Assembly (NCBI GenBank): GCA_017499595.2
Contig: CM038998.1
Location: 496,001-560,000, forward strand
From: Psilocybe cubensis
Lineage: Eukaryota
DNA length: 64,000 nt
Reading direction: 5' to 3'
Part shown: positions 52,709 through 64,000 of the stretch, piece after piece
How positions within the stretch are numbered: position 1 is the stretch's first letter
How the letters are laid out: each line of letters opens with the position of its first letter
Made by a program: the position numbers and the translations under genes
The notes under the pieces: generated by a model
What the model saw: only the letters and a program-made list of their open reading frames with translations
What the model was told of the DNA's origin: nothing
The model's database searches: none

Positions 52709-55700
52709 ATGGCCCAGTTCATATGTCCAGCCCCTGGTTGCCGTAAATCGTTGTCACGCCAAGTTGGCCTTACAATGCACATGAAATCGTGTCCGCATCT
52801 TCGCACCACACGCACACGCGCCCATTGCCACTCCGAATCGTATCAAACAAACGAGGATGAAGCACCATTTTCTGGATATGGAGATGAATCATTAGATCTG
52901 GGTCTTGAGTCCCCCAATCCACAACAAAGAAGGTCTCGGCGACTTGCTAATAGGAAACCTATGCAAAATATGGAGCCCATACCAATTGCACCACCACCTG
53001 CTGCCCCACACAATCCTCAGCCAGTACCTCGATGTGTGATACTTCATGTTCTGGACCGTTATGACACTCCTATGGACACTTTTAGAGTGTGGAGACACTA
53101 TCCTCGACGTCCTACCCGTGATCCTGATTTCTGTATTCGACCATCCGATCTCGCCAAACAGCCACCAATTATGCCCCTGCTACAGACCGTTCAGGACACA
53201 TTTCACTCATATATGGAAGGTCTAGCACCTACAGTCCGTCGGTTAATGACCTGGGCAAATAACGGTCAAACAACCAAGTCTCATGAGCAAATAAATGAAC
53301 TGGTTCATGATGTCTTGCTGGCAGACGATTTTAATCCAAAAGACCTCATTGACTTTGAGGCCCGAAACCAGAATGCAAAGTTGGACCAGGCCATAGCAGG
53401 TTCCGCCTTGCGAAGTCAATTTACAGAAAGCTCTGTCGACATTTTGGTTCCATCGGGCACAGTTAGCAGGCCGCCGGTGTCATACACAATTCCTGGTCTA
53501 CTTCATCGGTCTATCACATTTATTATTTCGGAATTCTTTACTGGCCCCCTTGGACATCTTGTCCACTACTCTCCTTTTGTTTTAAAGCAGCAGTCCGCCT
53601 CGAATCGTGAAGAACGGTTGTTTTCAGAGGTTTATAACTCTGATGCATTTCTTGAGGTACATGACTATATTCAGAAACATGGGCTCCTGCCACCGGGTCA
53701 GGAAGACTGCCAACTGGAGAGGGTTGTTGCCGCTGTTATGCCGCTATCAGATGCAACACATTTTACAAATTTTGGAAACGCAAAAGCATGGCCTATCTAC
53801 CTGATGCTCGGAAACATTAGCAAATATGTTCGGGCCGTTCCTGGGTCAGGAGCATTGCAGCACCTTGCATATATCCCTTCAGTACGTGTTTGCATTCTGA
53901 TATCTCTTTGACTATTTGCTCATATATTAGGCAATTAGCTTCCAGATTCATTCAAGGACTTTGCCGCTGAGCATAACACCAAATGGAAAACCCAAAAAAG
54001 CCAAATTCTCACTCACAGTCGCCGTGAGCTTATGCATAGTATCTGGTGTCACCTCCTCGATGACGAATTTGTTTATGCATATAAATATGGCATGGTTATC
54101 CGCTGCATTGATGGCATCATGCGACGCATATATCCACGCATTTTTACATATTCAGCAGACTATCCTGAAAAGTATGTGCAGTTAACTTGATAATACTCTA
54201 AAGTGCACTGAACAGGGCCAATTTCTAGAGTGCTTTTAGCAACTATTAGAGACAAAGGAATGTTTCCTTGTCCTCGTTGCATGGTACACCGGTCAAAACT
54301 TGATTTAATGGGTCTCTATCGAGATCTTCAAACTCGAGTCAAGCAGCTGCGAACATTTATGGTAGAAAAGGTCAAAGCTGCTCGTGATCTTATATATCGA
54401 CAGGGATACGGAATAAAGAGTCAGCAGGTTGAAGATCGGCTTCAGGAATTTTCGGGTGTACCAACCCAGGTATACAACCGTCTTTCTGTGCACAATCATA
54501 TTTTAACATCAGAAACCTACAGAATGCATTTGTTGAGAGGCTCAATCTAGATCCGTCACCAATGCTAGCACCTGACATTCTTCACGAATTTGAACTCGGA
54601 GTCTGGAAGTCATTGTTTACGCACCTTATACGTATTTTGTATGCTGCCTCAAAGGGGTCCGATGATCTAGTCAGTGAGCTGGACAAAAGGTATCTGCTAC
54701 AGAATGGGCATTTTCAATGTAAACTGACGGGTATGTTCTCCTTTTATAGATATCGTCTGCTCTCAACATTTGGTCAAGGTACCATACGAAACTTTTCAAA
54801 CAATTCGTCAGAAATGAAGAAACTTGCCGGGCGTGATTTTGAGGATCTTCTCCAGGTAATATCATTCATTTTATATATAAATTGAGGTAGAACTGACAAA
54901 AGTGCAGTGCGCTGTTCCAGTCTTTGAAGGGCTACTTCCAGAAGCAGATGACTATCGCCTCAGAAAACTTCTCTATCGAACAGCTGAGTGGCATGGCTTG
55001 GCAAAGATGCGCATTCATACAGAAGGCACTTTAACAGAATTGGAAAAAGTTACCACAGAGTTGGGAAAACTGATGCGAGGCTTTCGTGACCTTACCTGCA
55101 GCCATTATGACACTCATGAACTGCCGCGAGAGATTGAAGCACGTACTAGGCGTGAAGGAAGAAAATCAGCCCATGCTTCTACCGCAGCAGTACTACCAAG
55201 CTCATCTGAGGTATCAATACCTACCATAGTGCCCAAGCCAACTCGTAAACCCATCAAATTGAACCTTTTTACTATCAAGTGGCACTTCTTAGGCGATTAC
55301 GTGGAATATATTCGTCGCTTTGGTACAACTGACTCATATTCAACACAATTAGTATGCTTCAATTTCAGACATCTATAATCATTACTGACTAGAAAATTAT
55401 GGCAGGGAGAACTGGCTCATCGTCTCATCAAGTCTTTCTACCGCCTGACCAACAAAAAGGATGCAAACAAGCAAATTTCAAAGAAGTATAACCGTATGAA
55501 TGCTTTACAATTGGTTGATGCTAGTCAGATCAAATCTGAGAAGAATGAAGCTGACGCAGCTGCTCAAGACAACAAAACTCACTACATCTCTAAATCCCAG
55601 AATCAACGTGTCCCAATTTTTTCATTTATTGCGGACAAAGATCCTGCTAAAGTGGTACGATAATTGGGTTTTTAATACCACTAGCTGTTTGACAATCATA

Positions 55701-56620
55701 TTTGTTCTTAGAACTTCCTACCAAAACTGCAAAATCATTTGCTAGCCCGCCTGTTAGGACAGAAATTCGATGGCGACACTGATGAAATGTTTACAAATGA
55801 AGATCGGTATACAGTGCGTATCGTCAACAATACTATGTATCGTGTCAACACACTGCGCGTCAACTTTACTACATACGACATGCAACGCTCATACGACACA
55901 GTCTCACGGAACCAACCATTTATAATGCTTCACTCACCCGAGACGGAGCCTGGTACTCATCCATTCTGGTATGCCTCAGTAATGGGAGTGTTTCACGCCC
56001 AGGTCCAGCATATTGGCCCATTATCAACTGATCTTGCCCCCCAACGGATGGAGTTTTTGTGGGTTCGCTGGCTGGGCATAGAGCCAGGTTACAAGTTTGG
56101 CCGCAAACAGGCCAAATTGCCCAAAGTTGGATTTGTGCCAGATTGTGACGAAATGGCGTATGGATTTTTGGACCCGTCTCTTGTTATTCGGGGCTGTCAC
56201 CTTTTGCCATCCTTTGTTGATGGTCGAACAAACAATTTGCTTACCATCACCACTCCAACAGAAGCACGATGCATTGGCGAAACTGATGATTGGTGCAACT
56301 ACTATATCGGAATGTAAGTAAAGGTTTCTGATTTCCATGCATTATATTGAAGATATGATTGCAGTTTTGTTGACCGTGACATGCTTTCTCGTCATTTCGG
56401 GACTGGAGTTGGACACACAAACCGCACCGGTGCTGCTGATATTGACGACCATGACAATGATGACGATGATGAGACAATGGAAGATTGCTCTGGGATGGGA
56501 GAATTTGATAGCATGGTTGAAGTGGACACCAATTCAAGTGACGAGTCGGAGAGTGGGGGTGAAAATTCGGAATCAGATACTGATCTGAGTGAAGGAGATA
56601 ACGGATACGATGACCTGTAG
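52709..56620 (+). CDS. Plavaka transposase (PF18759-type), apparently intact
   Basis: N-terminal CPAPGC...HMKSC Zn finger; EVYNSDAF; SDATHFTNFGNAKAWPIYLMLGNISKY; YSADYPEK; CPRC; DILHEFELGVWK; KLAGRDFEDLLQ; KWHFLGDY...FGTTDSYSTQL|GELAHR; HPFWYASVMGVFH; FVDRDM...GVGH; introns splice in frame. Confidence 0.9.
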
Positions 56621-57094
56621 CCTGGGATAATTTCATGCGTGTATTTTGCACAATCGTTACATCTCAAATGAGTAGTACGTTGAGTTCAGAGTTGACCGAG
56701 CTTCTATGACGCAATCCTTCGACTCGCCTTTGAACATGGCTCCGGTATGACATCATAAAAGCTCAGGTGTCGATGCTTATAATTTGTTACCATTATTACC
56801 TCTAAGCGGCCGTTTAAACATAATAATGATTCCTACTTTACAGTTATGCAGTATAGATGACAAGACATGACCAGATTGTTATAATTCTGGCAGCTGAATG
56901 ATGTGGTGGATATAATGACAATATCATCATGATATTCCAATGATAATGTGGCGGTCAGCATTTCATCACATTATAACACACTGTCTGTATGATCATCACT
57001 GATAATTTGAAATCAGTGAGATTTTCACCAGATATGGCATCATAACGCCCAAATAATTATGGCAATACGCTACAGGTAATGTATTTGCTGTCGT

Positions 57095-57141
57095 ATTTTC
57101 CCAGAATCCCTGATGAACTTGCCTACCTTGATGATGCTGTG
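57095..57141 (-). repeat. Right imperfect terminal inverted repeat
   Basis: attttcccagaatccctgatg-N20-gctgtg; reverse complement mirrors 47266-47307. Confidence 0.65.
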
Positions 57142-57629
57142 TAACTAATTTTGCTTTCTTGTGTTGTAGAAAAATAGTCAGAGGGTAGGGTTGGACCATG
57201 CGAACCTTGCTTCGGGACTAGAAGCTGAACAACATTCGGGGTATCTTCTTGAACAATAACAATACTCTCCCACAGAATGACACAGATTTTAATTTCAGGC
57301 TATGCCATGTCTCTGAACTTCTTTTGTCTACAGACTGTTCATGGTATAGACCCGCCTCTAGCTCTAGCTCTAGCTCCAAACTGCTCCAATTCTGTTTGAT
57401 ATAACTTTTATCAACGTGATATCAGCTGTCGCCATCCATTTCACCTGTATCTCGACCCATTCACTGCCCGTTCTCATATTTGGATCATTGAGATTATGAG
57501 CCAGAAGGGATGGAGAGTCCGACGAAACATGTGTGACTGCCGCGGACCAGTATTTTTCCTGCTGGCATTCTCCAATCCTTTAAATACCCAACAATTTATC
57601 TCAAGCACATTGGCTTGCTAGCCGCCATC

Positions 57630-59378
57630 ATGCTGCACACGATTTTCCTCATCACAATCCTTGTAGCCGAGTTGGTAACAGGGAATCCAATACTCATCAA
57701 TAGGTCTCTTATTAACCTACCCATATCTCGTCGGGCAAACATCACGGGCGGCCTTGACCTCCTGAAGCATGACCGTGCCCGGGCAAGGTACATGAAAGCA
57801 AAGACCATTGCTAGAGTATATGGAAATTCATTTCATACCCTCGACGTTATCGGCGAGCCAGTTGAGAACGATGAAGTGGAGTATATTGCCACCGTTGGCG
57901 TTGGTAGCCCACCTACATATTGTGAGTGTTTCTTTAATGATAGTAGGATTGTGGCCTGACTCTGCTTATTAGACTCGCTTGCTGTTGACACTGGAAGGTA
58001 CACTCATACTGTCGTTATTTTGTCCTCTTTCCAATGACATCTTACTACTTCTACAAAAGTTCAAACACATGGATTGGAGCCGGTAAAGCTTACAAGAAAA
58101 CTGGCACTAGTACCCAGACTTCAAATCAGGTGGTAGGTAAAACACACTTACGCGCGTCGCTCAAAGAGACCTAGTATTTGGTGACCAATCATGCTCAGGA
58201 TGTAGGATATGGATTGGGATCCTTCTCGGGAACCGAATATCTTGACATGGTCACCCTGGCTCCTGGCCTGGTAATCAAAAACCAATCTATTGGAGTCGCT
58301 TCAACGGTATATGCTTCCCACCTTAATGCTGATATCTCTAATTTCAAAACAGTCGAAAGGATTTGAAGGGATAGATGGAATTCTAGGGTATGTGACGTAC
58401 ATATACTCAGATTTTTACAGAAAACGTCTGAAAATTTCTAGAATCGGTCCAGTTGATCTCACAGTGGGAACTTTGTCCGACAAAAGCGTTCGAGTGCCTA
58501 CTGTGACCGATAACCTTTTCTCACAGGGGGTTATTTCCTCCAACGAGATCGGCATCTCCTTTGAGCCTACAACTGGCCAAAATAAACATGACGGAGTGAT
58601 AACCTGGGGTGCGTTGGTTAAAGTACTCAGGTCACCGTCATTCCTCCTTCTCATAGATTTCACATTACAGGCGGGACCGACTCGACCAGATTTACGGGTA
58701 CTATTTCCTACATGTAAGTAATCCTCTCACTGAAGAAGCTACTCATAGAAGGCATAAAAAATTAAAATATGATACGTAGACCTTTGACAAAGACATTTCC
58801 TGCCTCCGAGTTCTGGGGTATTGACCAATCTATCCGATATGGCGCGTCAACTACAATTTTATCCTCTGGAGCTGGAATCGTAGATACCGGTGCGTTATTA
58901 TTTGCCGATGCAACACGAGTCGATATCTTACCTGAACGGAATAGGGACCACGCTCATCCTTCTCGCCACCGATGCATTTAACAAATACCAGGCTGCGACT
59001 AAAAGTCAGCCCGATAGCAATACCGGCTTCTTAACGCTGCCGGCCTCCAGCTACAGCAATTTAGAGAGCTTATTTTTCTCTGCAGGGGGAGTGAGTAATT
59101 CAATATCCACAACCGATACCCATGTCTCATCGTGACCAAATGTCCAGCATACTTTCGAATTTACGTCCAACGCCCAGATATGGCCTCGCTCCCTGAACAC
59201 CAACATTGGTGGAGTCGCTGCAAACATATATCTCATCATCGCGGATGCGGGTACAGACGCCCCTGGCGACTTCGTTAACGGTTTTACTTTCCTCCAACGA
59301 TTTTATTCTGTATACGATACTGCAAATGGGCGTGTGGGTCTAGCGCAGACCCCCTTCACCAAATCAACATCCAATTAA
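57630..59378 (+). CDS. Secreted A1 aspartic protease, copy 3 (close paralog of copy 2, canonical splice sites)
   Basis: MLHTIFLITILVAELVTGNP, YIATVGVGSPPT, LAVDTG, GIVDTGTT, VNGFTFLQRFYSVYD; promoter homologous to 41240-41630. Confidence 0.92.
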
Positions 59379-59695
59379 TTGAAACAGAGATACTGTATCA
59401 AATTGATTGAAAAATACCAACATTAACAACTTCATTCTTTTCCAAACCGCCAATGGATACCAACACTTTCAGTTCGTTTCAAGTCAACTTCGATCACAAC
59501 GGAAAATTTTTGAAAATGGGTATAATCAATGTATTGTACAATAGAGCAATAGTGCGTCAATAATCAAGCTTGAATGATACAAGACTATATGTGCTATTAG
59601 AATGGAGCGAAACACGGTTAACGAAATAGAACAACATGGATGGCAAAAAGAGCAGCAGCTGGATCAAGAACAACAATAACGCAAAAAGCTCAGGG

Positions 59696-62610
59696 TTACT
59701 CATCGAAGTCATAATCCATGTCAGAATTTTCCGACGCGGATGACCAGTTATCAGGGGACACAACTCTCGTCGACCGTGGACGATTCGACCTTCTCAACCC
59801 CGCATCCGGATCCAATTCCAGATCCAGATCACGATCGGCCGATAGAGTTTCGGAATGCGTCGTTGGTATAGGTGCAGTTGCCCTGGAGTACTCCCTGGCT
59901 TTACCAGTCCCACCTGGATTTGATTTTACCGAGGGCGGGCGCGGCACGGGCACAGTGGCAGATCTTGATTTCTTCTTGACAACTGAGAGGCTACTGGACG
60001 AATTTTTTCCAGGTGATACGTGATAGGACGCGTACTGAACCTTCATATCATCCGCGAAGATATGGTCGTACTTGACGCAGTTCATGCGAATGATATCAAT
60101 GGCCTATAATATACAATTCAAAAACACAGACATACAACGTGAGCTGCGTTGAGGCTTGAACCACAGTACCGTACAAAACGCAAGGCTCACCTCCTCGCCT
60201 TTATGAAATGCAGACAAAATCTCTCCCAACGTTACAACCCGTCCTTTGCCGCGCTTGATATTCTGCATTTCTTCCTCAATAAGTGAGGTTTCCTCCACTT
60301 TATCTTTGAGAGGAATAAGGCCCGCTTTGCGTAGAGCGACGCGTGCGCGCATGATCACATAGACATCATACGTCTTGGCATCATGCACCTCCTGCGCCCA
60401 CCTATCTTGCACCTTCAAAAAAAAAATTGCAGCATCAGAAAAAATGACCACGCCCGAAAAATATACACAAAATTCCACAAACCTTCTGGGTCTGCGACAC
60501 AAACTCTTCCACCGTCATCGTCCCACAGAGCGTACACTCATATTCACCCTGATACATCCACACAGCTGGCGCCGCATTTGTTCTCTTCACAAAAACCGTC
60601 CAGGGCGGGTCCGACAGGATTTCATGCCTCGACGCGAAAATCAGGCCCGGCTCGCCCGGGTTCCTAGGGACGAAGGGGTTGCAGTCCAGCATGGGGAACA
60701 CAATCCGCCTCGTTCCTGGACCAGTTGGGTTTTTCTTGAGCACGTTGATAAAGCTTTGCGGGTTGCCGCCGTATGTGGCTGTGAGGAATCTGCGGGATAC
60801 TTCGGGTGCAGTGGGTGCTGGGGAAATGGGGAGTGGTTGGCAGGGTGAGAGGTGTTTGAGGACGGTGGAAGATGAAGATGCGAGTTTGAGATCGGTGGAT
60901 TTGGATTCTTTTTTAGTCTGTTTATATGGCCATATGTCAATATGTGTGTATGCATGTGTGTACCGTGTACTTCGTGAGGATGTACGCACGGGAGAGGCGC
61001 GAGGCGGGATTATGATTTTAGGTTTAGGGCTCGGAGAGCTGTGTACATCTGGAGCAACCTTTGACTGGGAGGATAGCATTCTTGTGGAGATCTGGCGGTT
61101 ACATAGTCAGTACAATCAATTCGCCACCAATGGTGGAATGCATACCACGGATTGAGTGGCAGGAGTTTGGCTCGTTGAGTTTGAAGCCACTGGCTGTGTC
61201 GTCAAAGTAGACGGCGTATTTATATGTGGATTCGACGCGTTTATACCGGGAGAAGTTGAAGTCTAAGTTTATTTCATTAGACTTCGTCCTGATCCGCTTT
61301 GACTTGGCATAGGACATCCTACCTTTGAAGCTGACGATTGGATGACAGGCGCTGTAGGCGCCACATGGTTTTGGAGAGTTGGATTTGGTTGGGCCATCGT
61401 TTGGTGTGTTGCATTAGATGTCGCAGAAGGCGTCTTTGGTGATGGTGTAGATTTGTCGGTTTCTTTCTAATGAACACGTTTGGATGTTAGAGATTTAACC
61501 AGAAGAAAAGGAATACATACCTGAGGCTGATGTGGTGTCTGAACGGTAGATGCTGTCGCTATTTGTGGTTGCTGGGCTGGAATGATAGTTGGAAGTGAAG
61601 GTTGACTGTGTTGTGCCAATGTACGTCTTGTGGTTTGCACCACTTGTGAAGAGGTAGACGAAGCTAGAGGGGTTGTTTCAAGTAGTTCGGTTTTTTCTTG
61701 AAAAGGCTATTGGTTTCTATAAATTTTTATATCCTTGGAGTAAAATATGTGCACTTACTTTGTCCACCTCGGATTCAGACTCCTTTTTTATCATCACCTC
61801 TACCCTTCTACGCTTGACCTCGAGAGGTGACGGCTCTTTCGTGCTTTGCGTCCTTTTCAGAGAGGTGGTAGGTGTGTCAGTGCTCTATACAAACTCGGTC
61901 ATCGAATGTATCCGTTTCAGTCGCACATACAGGCTCACCGAAGAATTGTTTGTATCCTTACTGCTGATCGTCCGGACAGCAACAATTTCAACGGAAGGAG
62001 ACCGAGCCTTGGTGTAGTATACGCATGAGTATGTGGCGTCAGCCGGACCTGGAGGCGCGCTGATGACCTCACCCTTTTTACAGACACTTTCGCCGATACA
62101 GCTGGTTGTGGAGTATTCATGAGCATAGCCTGGATATTGGCCTGTGTCTAATGATCCTAGGTGAGCAGAAAACTAAAGGAAAATAATCACGAAGCTCACC
62201 CGCCGCAGCTGCTCGTTCTCTGCAGCCATTTGCTCAACAAGCCCCCGCATATCCTCCAACTCTGCCTCCTTCTGCTCCAGCGCCACACGCGCATGCGTCA
62301 ATCCTGCATTGCTTTCGCGTAAACTTTCACGCGTTTCCTGAAGCGCCGTATCATTCTGCTTCAGTGGTACAAGCTCTGCGCGCGTTTTCTCGAGCTCGGC
62401 TGTGGTTTTCTGCCAGCCCTCTTGGGTATCCTTCAGTTCTGACGTACATGCTTCAAGCTGAGACCGCAGTGCTTCAATCTGATTAAGAAGGTCTTGTTCA
62501 GTTTTCTGAAATCGACGCTGCGAGTCCTGGCTTTGAGATTTGGTCGTTTGTAGGTCCTTGACGAGACTTTCAGCAAGCTCCATAAATTCCGTAACCTTTT
62601 TGTCATCCAT
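59696..62610 (-). CDS. Coiled-coil + DUF6697-type domain protein
   Basis: N-terminal heptad coiled coil (MDDKKVTEF...LEQKEAELEDMR), low-complexity middle, RRFLTATYGG...NPFVPRNPGEPGLIFASR...WMYQGEYEC, IRMNCVKYD; multi-exon. Confidence 0.65.
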
Positions 62611-63008
62611 ATTGTTATCCCGTGAACTGCTTGAACATTGGACGATGGTGTCCCTGTTCATATAGAATCCGTCCTATCAATGAGTTCAAACAGAGTGACA
62701 GTTATGGCTGGCAGAGACACTTGGTATAGAAAGTTTGAGGCAAAACAAGCTTCGAAGAGCATAGACAGGAGTTTGGGCATCGGTTATGTAACCAGGGGTG
62801 CCACTTACGACGGACACGAGGCTTGGCTCTGCAATTTTACACCGAGTTCAAACAGTTCTTAACAGGTCAACAAAACCTCAGGCCTCAGGCCTCAATACTA
62901 ACATCGCAATACTAATTTGGGGAGCATTAAATTTTAGGTTTGAGAATTCACAGCAAAACGAGGCGGATGATTAAGCAATAAAAATAAAAGAAAAGCCTGA
63001 CGCGTTGA

Positions 63009-64000
63009 TCAAGAACGGCAAAGCAACCTGGGTCCTGACAGAAGCCAAACACATCGACAATCAGGTATCCGAAGACGAATACATCGCTCGAGTACGCCTC
63101 TCAACATCCGCACTGCACTTCGCCTAAGGGACAGTCCGTCAGCACAATTACCCATTAAAATGCAGCATATCTGACGCACTAGAATCTCTTCATGAAGCAA
63201 TCCAGCGCAGACCTGCATTCGTTCTTCGTGTTCGAGTTGTAAAAACTCTTCAAGTGTAATCTGACTGAGAATCATAGAAGCAGAGAAATGGTTCATTCCA
63301 TCTAGCCCGGCCAGCGCCTGTTCCTCGCTCTACGCAGATTAACGACAAATTAGATGGGCTACGAAATATGTGCACAGCAGACAACAAACTTACTTCAATG
63401 AAATCAGCAGATAACCAAGGCCTGGTAGCCCAAATGACACCAAACGTCTCATCCCTCTCCTCCGCTTGAGACCCAAAAATGCGCGCTGCAACAGCCGCAT
63501 CCCTGACACTGTCCGCGAAACTGTACTGCACCACCGTCACACCCCGTTTCGTCCCACAAGCATCCGCGATATTGATATCCCTTCTGAACTTTTTGATTGC
63601 CTTTAGTATAGGCGGAGTATACGCATACAGCTCCGATGCCTCTCCCCCTCCGTTTTTATCTTTATCTACCACAAACCGCTTCGCGCAATTTTCCGGGTAC
63701 GCCTCGAACACCACGAGCAAATATGAGAACCTCCATGACAGCTGCGCGACCTTCTCCACCTCCGCCGCACACATCGAAGGAAGGGTGAACAGCGAGACGA
63801 AGAGCACAGCACAATATGGATCGACGATCAAGTCGACCCCGCCGAGTGTCTCCCGTTCAATGAGCTCAATCGCACATTCTGCAGAGCGCAGTGCGCGGAC
63901 GAGGCCGTGTTTCTGGATGAGCGCGAGAGACGCCATGTAGCGATGGACTGGGAGCTCTACTACACCAGTGGAACCGGAAACAATGATGGTGTCTGCATCG
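63009..64000 (-). CDS. C-terminal part of an XPF/ERCC4-like + HhH protein, candidate meiotic Zip2/SHOC1 homolog (5' outside window, 3' end approximate)
   Basis: IELIERETLGGVDLIVDP...LSWRFSYLLVVFE (inactive ERCC4-like fold), then EQALAGLDGMNHFSASMIL (HhH-like). Confidence 0.5.

Larger units (their letters stand above)
47266..57141 (+). mobile_element. Plavaka-type (CACTA/CMC-related DDE) DNA transposon, ~9.9 kb, with cargo
   Basis: Intact transposase; ends CACAGC / GCTGTG; inverted subterminal matches catcagagatttagggaaaat vs rc catcagggattctgggaaaat and gttgtaatgtgatgatat vs rc gttataatgtgatgaaat; flanks rejoin to match the paralogous uninterrupted 41.0-41.3 kb segment. Confidence 0.78.

Noticed and set aside
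47266-57141. TET/JBP dioxygenase gene, often linked to Plavaka/KDZ transposons
   Set aside because: No HxD...H 2OG-Fe(II) dioxygenase-like coding region recognised inside or next to the element.

Overview
Intron-rich eukaryotic DNA (GT-AG introns of about 50 nt, micro-exons) from a mushroom-type basidiomycete (inferred from FunK1 kinase, DUF6534/DUF6697/DUF6698-type genes and a Plavaka transposase). No rRNA, tRNA or CRISPR was seen, and most short ORFs in the track are exon fragments or antisense noise. Family names come from motifs I recognise, not from database searches. Left half: DUF726 protein, FunK1 kinase, Cak1/Csk1-like kinase, ankyrin protein, membrane LysM protein, aspartic protease, two small spliced genes not resolved by the ORF track (one a secreted beta-gamma-crystallin-like protein), a CorA-type Mg2+ transporter and an ABCA transporter. 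The 29-60 kb region is a local duplication zone: three DUF6534 genes, two intronless F-box genes plus relics, and two more aspartic proteases. Main result: a ~9.9 kb apparently intact Plavaka-type DNA transposon (~47266-57141) with CACAGC...GCTGTG ends and matching subterminal inverted motifs. It carries an intact transposase, an intact DUF6698 gene, a third orphan gene and a captured, intron-containing, decaying piece of the host pyruvate dehydrogenase E1-alpha gene. Its borders are independently supported by a paralogous 'empty site' at ~41.0-41.3 kb in this same window.
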